From contig OZ245011.1 of assembly GCA_965223665.1 (NCBI GenBank), positions 1,536,001-1,600,000 of the forward strand: DNA of 64,000 bases. The letters run 5' to 3'. Under the pieces are notes generated by a model. The model had not been told where the DNA came from. It saw only the letters and a list, made by a program, of their open reading frames with translations, and did no database searches. The position numbers were made by a program, and so were the translations under genes. Shown here in pieces: positions 27,526 to 37,400 of the stretch. Source of the stretch: Nitrospinaceae bacterium. Lineage in GTDB: Bacteria; Nitrospinota; Nitrospinia; Nitrospinales; Nitrospinaceae. Positions within the stretch are counted from its first letter, which is position 1. Each line of letters opens with the position of its first letter.

Positions 27526-28449
27526 CTAGTTTGCCTTTGCAGTTAGTTTAAACAGCCGACCGTCCATGACGAGTAAGCCGAATCCGATTAAGGCCATTCC
27601 CACAAATTCAAGCTTCGTGAATGTTTCGCCTAAAAATGTCACTCCCAGTAGAATTGCTGAAATGGGAATCAGGAAAGTCACCAGCGTCGCGTTCGTCGCA
27701 CCGGCGGAAGCAATGATGCGGAAAAATAAAATAAAGGCGACCACCGTGCTCAAGATGGTCAGGCCCATCATCGCGCCAACGGCTGTTAAAGGTATCGCAG
27801 CCTGTTCCCAGGGACTATCCATCATTATCGCCAGGGGAAGTAAAATCAAAGTGGCCATGGTAACCTGCCCCGTCGCCACCATCAAAGGCGACACGCCCCA
27901 TTCTTTAAAACGGCGAGAGAATACAGAGGCAATCGCATAGGAAATCGAAGCCCCAATCACCGCCAACTGCCCGAGCACAGAACCGGTCATGCCGCTCAAC
28001 GCTTCAGGTCCGATTAAAACAATCGTCCCCAAAATTCCAAAAACGATACCAAATAGTTTTCGCCGCAGGATGGGCTCATCCACTAAAAAAGTTCCTGCGA
28101 CTATCACCGTAAAAAACGGGGTGGTTGCGTTAAAGATAGAAGCCAGGCCGGAGCTGATTTGTGTCTGCCCCCAAACAATCAGGCAAAACGGCAGGGCATT
28201 TCCCACCAAACCCAACACCGCCAAAGCCAACCAGTGCTCTTTGGTTTTGGGTATCGGCAGCTTTTGCACAAAGATGATCCCCCAAAGCATAAGGGACGCC
28301 AGCCCAACTCGGGTTGTGACAATGGTCAATGGAGGAAGATAGTCGACCAAAATTTCTATAAAGAAAAAGGAACCGCCCCATATAACGGATAGAGTGACCA
28401 ACATGCTGATGTCTGCCATACTCATATGCTGATTTATTTTTTCTGCCAT
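27526..28449 (-). CDS. DMT/EamA family transporter
   Basis: 10 TM, IWGGSF, SSGLASIFNATTPFF. Confidence 0.93.
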   Translation of the reverse strand: MAEKINQHMSMADISMLVTLSVIWGGSFFFIEILVDYLPPLTIVTTRVGLASLMLWGIIFVQKLPIPKTKEHWLALAVLGLVGNALPFCLIVWGQTQISSGLASIFNATTPFFTVIVAGTFLVDEPILRRKLFGIVFGILGTIVLIGPEALSGMTGSVLGQLAVIGASISYAIASVFSRRFKEWGVSPLMVATGQVTMATLILLPLAIMMDSPWEQAAIPLTAVGAMMGLTILSTVVAFILFFRIIASAGATNATLVTFLIPISAILLGVTFLGETFTKLEFVGMALIGFGLLVMDGRLFKLTAKAN

Positions 28450-28459
28450 GTTTTATCGA

Positions 28460-28822
28460 TTAAAGCTCATGCTCTTCCACAATGAAGGCGGAAGATCGGG
28501 AGTGGTCGATGAATTTTTTTTCATCTTCCAAAAGTGCGGCGCTTAATTGTTGTCCCTCCGGTGAACTCATGGCTTCCAAAAGATCGGCTTCCGATTCAAA
28601 CCACACCTCGGCGACGCCATCAAATTCCGGCTGCATGCCTCGCGAGTTTCGAAGCCCTTCGTTTAACGGCGTGTCCAGGGTAAGCGATTGCACATACTTT
28701 TTAGCCCGCATCGCCGCCGCGTTTTTCATAAAGAAAGGACCGTGGCTGTTCACCCAGTAATCTTTAAACTGCTCGCGAGTCATATCTGACCGCCGGTGCA
28801 GACACATCACAAACTTGATCAT
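28460..28822 (-). CDS. EthD domain protein
   Basis: MTREQF..YW...HG..FDGVAEVWFES..DE..FID. Confidence 0.88.
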   Translation of the reverse strand: MIKFVMCLHRRSDMTREQFKDYWVNSHGPFFMKNAAAMRAKKYVQSLTLDTPLNEGLRNSRGMQPEFDGVAEVWFESEADLLEAMSSPEGQQLSAALLEDEKKFIDHSRSSAFIVEEHEL

Positions 28823-29020
28823 CTCAGTAATCTCCTTTACTCAGCGCCAACGTCGGTTCAGGTTAGGGGCACGTTCGGCAGGTGATTCGGTTGGCACAAA
28901 GACTGTTTAACATCGCCGAAACTCTGCAACATCTTCCCATGATTTTTGTAGAGATTCAATGACTGTTCAGGAGGGAAATAAAACTTCAGGCGGCCATAAA
29001 TAGGGACCACTCCTTCAGTT

Positions 29021-32000
29021 CTAGACTTTAATCAGGTTAATTTGGGTATTGGAAAAAGAAGAACTTCCTCCAATAGGATCGGTGAGGCAGGTCGCCGTGT
29101 TGTATGCATCCAGTCGCATGACGGCATTCGGGCAGGTTCCCAGTCCACGATCAGGGTCTCCAGGAATAGTTTCGTTATCAATCTTTACATCCCGTGCCCC
29201 ATAGGCCCAGTGGCCATAATGAAACGAAACCGCAATCACTCCCGGGCGTAAGCCTTCCACCACCTGTAACGAACTTTCTACAGGCAGGTCGGCTGCATAA
29301 GGCTCCAATGGCCAGGTCCCCTTCGGATTAGTCGCAGATACCAATTTGACTCGGTCTCCATTTTTCCAACCCCGTTGTTTCGCATCCTGGCTGTTGATCA
29401 GGACTTGATTTTCCGGATTCACGGACACATGACACCAGGATTGTGAGTTGGTTCTGGAGTTTCCGCCGGTAATCGATTTGTACGTGATTAATGAAAATGG
29501 AAATTGATCCTCCGGGTCCTGAACAAGGGAGCCGTCGCTATGCAACGCCGGTTCGTATCTCGGCAGACCTTCAAAGTGTTTTCCGGTGATACTGTTTTTA
29601 GTGGTTGCGATATCTTCCACATAAAAATTGAGAAGCTTGCCAAAGCGATGGTTCATGTAGTCCCCCTGATAAGCATCCTCGAAGGACTCAAACCGACCGC
29701 CCCGATTGAGAACGTAAACCATTTTATTCCATAAGTCAGGTTGTACCGCTGCCTTCCATTTCTCGGCATCGAAAACCGATGCAGGCAGATGTCTTCGGGC
29801 CTGGAGAAAAATATCAAGTTCTTCCGCATTCGCGTCGGGCACTGGAGTTCCCAGCATAGCGATATTGGCCACCAACTTTAAATAAAAATCTTCCGGTCGC
29901 GTCAGTTTAATATCGGGTCCAAATCCATTGCGGCCGAATCCCGGCATTCCCAGTTTATCGGCAATGGCCAGCATGATGGCTTCCATGGAAACCGGCATTT
30001 TCTCTCCCGCCACTTCGACTTCTTCGGAAAAAGGAGGCGCCGCGGGTTGCCGAATGCCGGAAGTTTTCACCGAAGGCTGCGGGTTGTCGAACGGCATTCC
30101 CCAGCGCTCGAAAAAACTGAGGTCGGGAAAAACATAATCGGCAAACACCGTCGTTTCACCCAGGATCACATCATCCGCCACCACCAGAGGAATGATGGAA
30201 GGATCTTTTAAAATCCGCAGAAACTCGCCGCCACCCGGGCTGGAATATGCGGGAGTTCCTTTATGAATCCACAGGCATTTCAACGGGTAGGGATATTTCG
30301 CCTCAGCAGACGGAATAATTTCGTGATACACATCATGAGTGAACGGATACCACGGCCGCTTCGCGGGATACCCATGTTCTTTAATAAGAGTGGAATCCTC
30401 GTAACGCACTCTTTCGCGAGTGATCGGCACGCCAAATTTGCTGAGACTTCCCGGGTTCATTCCCTTTTTCATATCGTAAGGTTGTTCCGCCTTACCTCCC
30501 ATGGCATTCCAATGACCACCGCCATCGGACATTCCCCCTTTCCAATCCTGGTTGCCTATCAGCAGGTTGAGAGAGAGGATCGCCTTTTCGGCGTTATAGC
30601 CGTTGGTCGTTTGCCCCGCACCTCGGTAGCGATCGATACCCGCTTTTTTTCCATGACTCGTAAATTCATCAGCGAGTTGGATGATGTCATTGACTTTTAT
30701 CCCTGCCAGTTGTGCATATTCCTCAAGGGATTTTTCCTGAGAGCTTTCACGTAAAATAGTGAACACACTTTTAACCGGGATTCCCTGGATCGACTGATCG
30801 ACTTCTAAAATTCCATGGTCCACCGCTTCACTGGATTGCGGCCCCTTCCCTGTCATCACCACACGCATTCCGGGTGACAGTCCAATATCTTCTGTACGTA
30901 AAAATTTGCGTGTGTCCAGTCGCACTAAATTTGTCGCATCACAATACGTTGGTTCTTGATCTTTTTGTGCCGCGGCCTGGTTCGCATTCTCAAGATACTT
31001 CCGGTCGTAGCGTTTATTTTCAATCATCCACCGCATCATTCCCAGTGCCAGAGCAATGTCCTGACCCGGTTTGACCGGAACCCATTTCCAGGATTTGGCT
31101 GCAGTGTGACTGAGGCGCGGATCGATAGTCGCGATCTTCAGTTGACCTTTCTCAATGGCCTCAGTCACCAGATTGGCAATGGCGGTGCATCCGAAATTTG
31201 CTTCAAAGGCACCCGTGCCCCAAAAAATCACGAACTCTGAATTGAGGAAGTCCGGTTTCAAAAGAACCTTTCCTTTTTTCTTAACCGGGTCCCAGGTCGT
31301 TCGCTCCGAGGCACTCCAGTGAGCGCGCCCGCAGATGGAAGTGTGATCCATCCAGTTAATCGAGCCGAACCCTTCATAGGTCCACCGCTGTGAAAAATCC
31401 GCCCGGCCTTTCTGAATGCGTCCTGCCATGAAACAGAATTGATTATTTTTAGGCCCAAGATCCGGATGTTTTGGGTCAATAAGAAGATCCAGATGATCCG
31501 CATGCTTTTTTTGGAATTGTTCAACGGTCAGGGTTCCCTTACGAATGGCTTTAACATCTTCAGTCAAAGCCCTTGCAGTTTCTTTATCCTTCATGACAAA
31601 AATTTCCTTGAGCCCTGTAACCGGCCCTTCCCCAAAAAGATCTCCTCCTTCCACGATTTCATGAATCGCCTGATCAAAGGAAATGGTTTGCCACTCATTA
31701 CTTCCTCTCGGTCCAACTCGCTTGAGAGTTTGCCGAATCCGGTAAGGATCATAATAGGTCTGCACTCCCGCTTGTCCCTTGGGACATAAATGTCCATCGA
31801 CTCTTGCAGATTCAACCGGCTTGGATTCAAAGGGAATGTTTGGCAGAAATGTTTTCGCGGCATAGGGATTGCCGTCGACTTTAACCAGCACCCCATCCTG
31901 AAACTTGGTTTTCATCGGACACCGAATATGACAATTCAGGCAAACTGAATAAATGACATTTTCCGGTTGTGCCAAATCATAGGGTTGAGGAGTTTGGGTA

Positions 32001-32146
32001 GTATCCAGAGACAACAGATCGCCTAACCCGCCGGTTTTCGAACACCCGGCCAGCACCGCTCCACCCGCACTTGCCCAGCCCACCGTTTTCAGGAATTCTC
32101 GCCGGTCCATCTTGTTTCCATTTTTTTTGTTATTTGAAGTTTTCAT
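29021..32146 (-). CDS. ttrA: DMSO-reductase-family molybdopterin catalytic subunit, tetrathionate reductase TtrA-like
   Basis: Tat signal RREFLK plus LAGC lipobox, CLNCHIRC..CPKG Fe-S motif, HTSICG putative Cys ligand, 1041 aa, B-C-A gene order. Confidence 0.75.
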   Translation of the reverse strand: MKTSNNKKNGNKMDRREFLKTVGWASAGGAVLAGCSKTGGLGDLLSLDTTQTPQPYDLAQPENVIYSVCLNCHIRCPMKTKFQDGVLVKVDGNPYAAKTFLPNIPFESKPVESARVDGHLCPKGQAGVQTYYDPYRIRQTLKRVGPRGSNEWQTISFDQAIHEIVEGGDLFGEGPVTGLKEIFVMKDKETARALTEDVKAIRKGTLTVEQFQKKHADHLDLLIDPKHPDLGPKNNQFCFMAGRIQKGRADFSQRWTYEGFGSINWMDHTSICGRAHWSASERTTWDPVKKKGKVLLKPDFLNSEFVIFWGTGAFEANFGCTAIANLVTEAIEKGQLKIATIDPRLSHTAAKSWKWVPVKPGQDIALALGMMRWMIENKRYDRKYLENANQAAAQKDQEPTYCDATNLVRLDTRKFLRTEDIGLSPGMRVVMTGKGPQSSEAVDHGILEVDQSIQGIPVKSVFTILRESSQEKSLEEYAQLAGIKVNDIIQLADEFTSHGKKAGIDRYRGAGQTTNGYNAEKAILSLNLLIGNQDWKGGMSDGGGHWNAMGGKAEQPYDMKKGMNPGSLSKFGVPITRERVRYEDSTLIKEHGYPAKRPWYPFTHDVYHEIIPSAEAKYPYPLKCLWIHKGTPAYSSPGGGEFLRILKDPSIIPLVVADDVILGETTVFADYVFPDLSFFERWGMPFDNPQPSVKTSGIRQPAAPPFSEEVEVAGEKMPVSMEAIMLAIADKLGMPGFGRNGFGPDIKLTRPEDFYLKLVANIAMLGTPVPDANAEELDIFLQARRHLPASVFDAEKWKAAVQPDLWNKMVYVLNRGGRFESFEDAYQGDYMNHRFGKLLNFYVEDIATTKNSITGKHFEGLPRYEPALHSDGSLVQDPEDQFPFSLITYKSITGGNSRTNSQSWCHVSVNPENQVLINSQDAKQRGWKNGDRVKLVSATNPKGTWPLEPYAADLPVESSLQVVEGLRPGVIAVSFHYGHWAYGARDVKIDNETIPGDPDRGLGTCPNAVMRLDAYNTATCLTDPIGGSSSFSNTQINLIKV

Positions 32147-32164
32147 ACAATACCCAATCGCTGA

Positions 32165-33316
32165 TCATTCATTTAAAGACCCGACCGAAATCCATTTGCC
32201 AAAAAACTCGTTTAACACCATGAAAGCTAAAACGAACAGCGCCAACAGGCCCAGGACCACCACGGTTTCCAAAAGGTTGGGCCACATTCCGGAAGCAGCA
32301 AGCCGGCTGCCATGATAAATGGTTTCCATGTCATTCAGCTTTGGCACCGCTGAAGCAGGAATCAATGCATACATTCGGCTGACAAAAACTCCCCCCAGAA
32401 CCGACCCCCCTGCCAGGGAAAAATAGGTGGGCCATTGATTAGGTTTTCCCAGCCCTCCTAAAACCATGGGAATAAAAATGAGAAGTCCGACCTGCCCTGC
32501 TAAGAACATCCAACTATGATCACCCCATAAAATGTGAGAGGTCGATTCATTCCTGATCATTTCCTCGAAAACAAAAACGATATAGATCCCCACCGCGAGT
32601 AAAAGAGACAGGATTAAGTTTCGCGCCACTTTTAAATAATTTGCACTGTGTTTGCTATAGGCGCTGTAAAGAACCAGTCCCATGGCCAACCCGGAAATAA
32701 TTGCCAATCCCCAATAGACAGCAGGTGTCAATTCCCTACTCCATAAATGCTGTGGAAAATAATTGGTGAACACATTGCCCAGGTCCCAGTTCACCCAAAG
32801 AACTAAAATGAATCCCGTCAACCCGACCTGTCGAATGAATTTTTTATTTTCAGAAGTCTCTGATTTCTGCAACAAGTACAGGGCGGACACAATCGCAATC
32901 ATAAGTAAGGGATAAAGCCACGCCAACCGTGCCATGGCCGTGTCCCAATTCGGATACAGATACAGGTTCAATACCTTGAAGGGCTGCCCCAGCTCCAGCC
33001 AGATAAACAGGATTCCCCCTGCCAGGCTGATCAGAGAAACCAGCAGTGCGGGACCTGACACTTCCTTAAATTCTTTTAATCCAAATACCGTGTACAGGCT
33101 GGAGAACAAAACACAGCCTCCGGAAACACCGACCAGAAAACTATAAACCACCACCCAGATCCCCCACGGTTCAAACGCCGTCATCGAAGTCACTTTCAAT
33201 CCTTCCGTCATCCTCCAGAAGGCGCCAACAATCCCCATGAACGAAAGCAGGATTAACACGGAATAACTTAACAATCGTGACGGGCTCATTTCCTTCATGA
33301 CATCCTCATTTATCAT
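32165..33316 (-). CDS. ttrC: NrfD/PsrC-family membrane anchor (TtrC-like)
   Basis: [19 protein letters not shown] motif, multiple TM. Confidence 0.8.
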   Translation of the reverse strand: MINEDVMKEMSPSRLLSYSVLILLSFMGIVGAFWRMTEGLKVTSMTAFEPWGIWVVVYSFLVGVSGGCVLFSSLYTVFGLKEFKEVSGPALLVSLISLAGGILFIWLELGQPFKVLNLYLYPNWDTAMARLAWLYPLLMIAIVSALYLLQKSETSENKKFIRQVGLTGFILVLWVNWDLGNVFTNYFPQHLWSRELTPAVYWGLAIISGLAMGLVLYSAYSKHSANYLKVARNLILSLLLAVGIYIVFVFEEMIRNESTSHILWGDHSWMFLAGQVGLLIFIPMVLGGLGKPNQWPTYFSLAGGSVLGGVFVSRMYALIPASAVPKLNDMETIYHGSRLAASGMWPNLLETVVVLGLLALFVLAFMVLNEFFGKWISVGSLNE

Positions 33317-34208
33317 TCAGATAATAGACTCTCGGCTCAGTTCCCAAATCTTCTTTCAATCGCATGACCCGAGGATTTTCAATTAGGGTCGAAACCAGAC
33401 TCTTTGGATTCTCCTTGGGACCGGGACCGAAATAAGTCGCGCCGCCGATGCAAGTCGTCACGCAAGAGGGAAGCATTCCTTCTTCCAGTCGATGCGTACA
33501 AAAATGACACTTGCGAACCACACCGATGGGAGGCTGTCCCGAAGTTCTCTCCCAATGACTGCTGTATTCAGGAGACGGAGAGGTTTCATAAGGCTGTGGT
33601 GAATCAGGACTGTTTGCCGTGTGAGACTCACCAAAATCAAAAGTTCTGGCACCATAAGGGCACGCCTTGATACAGGCACGGCAGCCGATGCACCGGTTGT
33701 AGTCGATCGGCACAATACCATCCTCCTGCTTGTGAGTCGCATTTGTGGGACAAACCGGAACACAGGGCGGATTGTCGCATTGCATGCAGGGACGGGGAAG
33801 AAAATGCCGAGTCACCTGAGGATAGGTTCCCACTTCTTCTTCGAAAACGGGACGGTACACGACACCCGGAGGAAGATGGTTTTCCGCAACACAGGCCACG
33901 GTGCAGGCATGGCAACCAACACACTTTAATAAATCAATCACCATGACCCAGTCCCGGTCTTCCTCCGGTTTTCGCATGGCTTCCTGTAATTCTTTCTGCA
34001 TTCTCAAGAGACGGTTCTCTTTAAACTCAGGAAGATCCGGAAAATTCGGTTGAGAACGAGGTTTAGAAGATTTTGCCAGAACCAGGTTAGGGATCCACAA
34101 CTTCCAGGTGGAAAGAACTCCTAATATCCAGGCACCCAGTTTAAGAAACCCGCGTCTGGAAGGAAAAAATAGATTCTTTCTATTTTTTAATTTTAGCGAG
34201 TTAGACAT
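33306..34208 (-). CDS. ttrB: 4Fe-4S dicluster subunit (TtrB/NrfC-like) with Tat signal
   Basis: [46 protein letters not shown] motifs. Confidence 0.85.
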   Translation of the reverse strand: MSNSLKLKNRKNLFFPSRRGFLKLGAWILGVLSTWKLWIPNLVLAKSSKPRSQPNFPDLPEFKENRLLRMQKELQEAMRKPEEDRDWVMVIDLLKCVGCHACTVACVAENHLPPGVVYRPVFEEEVGTYPQVTRHFLPRPCMQCDNPPCVPVCPTNATHKQEDGIVPIDYNRCIGCRACIKACPYGARTFDFGESHTANSPDSPQPYETSPSPEYSSHWERTSGQPPIGVVRKCHFCTHRLEEGMLPSCVTTCIGGATYFGPGPKENPKSLVSTLIENPRVMRLKEDLGTEPRVYYLNDK

Positions 34209-34489
34209 CGGCCTGCCCCTTCCCAAAGTGTTTTAAGCCTTAAAAGGGTGGTTCTTTTAAACCCATTTCCTATATATATAGATACATATATCGGTATTAA
34301 ATTCCCCTTTATTTTGATTTGGGTTTCTAAGCCAAACCCTCGAAGAAGCCCTATAATTCGTAAAATAATTCCTTCCATAAATGATGGTATAATTTGCGCA
34401 AACCCCTAAAATATTCTGATGCAAAGCAGTCATAAATTCACTCAAACTAAACCCTCTTTGCCTCAGAAAAAAATTTTGGTAAGCGATAG

Positions 34490-37400
34490 ATGACAGGACG
34501 CACTTTGAAAATCGGCTTAATATTTCTATTCCTTTTATCGTTCGTGTTCCGTCCTCCTGCCTTTGGATTTATAGATATTTTTGGTGATTCCGGGGATATC
34601 AATGAACAGGTGAAAAAACGGTCCGACCGAATTGAAACCCGGCTCAAGGCACTCAATTTTTATAAACGCAGTAAAGATCCCTTAATCGACCCGACCATAA
34701 ATAATAGTTCTATCTATGGCACTTTATATTACGGCTATCCGCGGGAACAGGTGACCAAAAGGCGGAACGGCGGCATCATAAAGGTTTCTCGTCCGCAGTG
34801 GAGAAGTAAACGTGATCCGCAGGGAAAAACAATCTGGAATCGTGAAGGGAAGTTCACCACCAGTTACCGCGTAAACCAGATTCGCATTAGTGAGCAGGAC
34901 CGATCCATCCGCAAAAACGCTGCTCAGCTTTTAGCCAATTACAAGCAGACGAATCGACACTCCCTGGGGAAAACAAGAATTGCCGTCCAATGGAAACTGG
35001 TCGACAAAAAAGTGATCAGAAATGATTTTCACTATGTCTTTCGACCTGTGGCAAAAGAGAAAGTGTATGGAGGAAAACCGGGAGGTATGCTCATCGTTTA
35101 CCAGGACGGTGAAACCACACAATGGATAGGGAAAGCAGATAATTATTCTCTGGGAATTGAGTTAAAAAATCCTCCTCCAAAATATATCGTTGCCTATTTC
35201 GATCTGGACGACAAGCGATCCGTTATAGTGAAAAGCGGAGGAATGAATTTACATCGTGACCTCCACGTTCCGGAAATTCCCACTCCCGACGAAGCGGTGA
35301 TCGATGAGGTCATGGAAGTTCTGGCTTCTGAATTGTCTACCAAAGCATCCCTGGAAGCTTACGATCTCAATCCCCTGTTTAATAAAGGAAACATTTTAAA
35401 CGAAGAATCCCCGGTGGAGTCGCTTCTTTTAGCCAAGGAGGAACGTGACGGCGCCGCTGCGGATGGGGTCAGCCGTCTCCTGATTCGTGGAGATCACGGT
35501 GGAGAAGGAAAGTCCACCTTTCAAGTTGAAGGAGGCAAAGCGAATGGAACCCTGCAACCGCTCTTCAATGGCGAGGCACAAAAGTCGGGGAACAATTACT
35601 ACACCTTCGCCATCTACACTCCCCCGGAAGAACTGGAAGGTGATTCGCCCGACCTGGTGAAGACCAAACCGATTCGCTATCGAAACATAAAAATCACTTC
35701 CAGGTTCACTCCGGAAAAAGGCGGACCCCGCGCCGTGGAAGCCGACAAGGAAATCAGTCTGGTGGCGCCACCGGTGGTATTAATGCACGGAACTTACAGC
35801 ACCCCATCCAAAACCTGGGACGACGGTTATTTAAAACTGGAAGCGGTGACGCCGGAGGAACGTGCCGCGGCTAAAAGTGCCATAAGAAGTCAAACAGACA
35901 TCGGATTTATGGGCGATAATCTCAACATAGATAATTCAACTCTCAAAGCGGCCATCAAAAAAAGGAGAGAACAAGCCTTACAACTCATCGGATCCGACAA
36001 AACCATGAAAGCGGCTCTCGAAGAAAAAGGGTTCATAGTTTTTATGGTGGACTACCAGTTGACCAACGGCCTCGGATTGATCCAGGAAGCACGGCGACCC
36101 AGCCACTTTAAACACAACCGTATGGTCTTATGGGATGAATTCTGGGACAAAGCCAGGCACAGCAAATCGGGAAAACCCAATGGCATCAAAAAGGCTCTGG
36201 AATACTTTCGTGAAAATCTGGATGTCGCAGCCACCCAGGCCGATGTAGTCGGACACAGCATGGGCGGAGTGCTTCCGCGAGTGTACGCTTCCGACGCTTA
36301 CACTAAAGAAGATGCGCGGTACCCCAAGTCGAAACTCACCAACCTTTCCACGCAGGGTTATAGACGGCCGGACAATTATAAAGCGGGAGACATTAATCGC
36401 TTGATCTCTATTTGCAGCACGCATTACGGCAGTGACCTTTCCCACGTCATGGCCGTGCTAAGAAGTGAGGATCTGGCAAACGAAGACCTGGGTATTTTTG
36501 AGCGCATGCGAAAAGAGAAATTAAACTTTGGCTTGAAGTGGTATGCAGGACTAAAGTCCGGAGCGGCCAACGACCAGGTCCCGGAAAGTCATGCATTAAA
36601 ACTGATTGGTCCCACAAAGGTTCCCTCACATGCCGTCGCCTGTGTGGCCAGAGTTCCGGACATCAAGAATCATTTTCACGGCGAGTATCTGCATCAGAAT
36701 GTGGAGCTGATGTATCAACTCTTCAAGTATCCCGGTTTGTTGGAAAAAATATTAAAACTGAAAGACCGGGAGCAGGAAGCGGAATATCTACTGAAGGCCA
36801 TAGAAGAAATCGGTTGGTATACAGAAAAAAATAATCTGATCGATCTGCACAAAATCGATGAATGGGTCAAGGCCAATCAATTTCGTTTCAGCGTTTTTGG
36901 ATTTACCAGAAACGATGCCGTGGTGCGCGTGACCAGTCAATGGGGCGGCATGCCGCCACAGTACCGTTCGACCATCAATGGTCTGGTTCATGGTTACGCT
37001 CCTTTGTATCCGGAAATTCAGGAAAAAGTGGTCGATCTGTTGACCGGTCCATTAACCAATTTTTCTATCAAAGGGTTTTCCAAAGCAGGTGAGCGCCTGC
37101 TGAATAAACCTCCGAACTTTCCTTTGTTGAGCGAGGACCGGTTGGAAGCGATCCGCCGATCCAACATTGTTCCCCGGCACGCATTAGCGATTTCGCAGGT
37201 GGCAAAGGCGCGTAACGAAATCATAATCATTCGCCCCGTCAATCCCGACTCCACGCATTTAATCGCTAAGGGTGCCACCACCAAAAGCATGCATGTTAAA
37301 GGTAAGAGTTCCAACTGGGGACCGCAGAAAGGTTACATCGCCGTGGATCAGGCGTTCAGCAAACTGGCGGAAGAAGGTGATAAAAAAATTAACAAGTACA

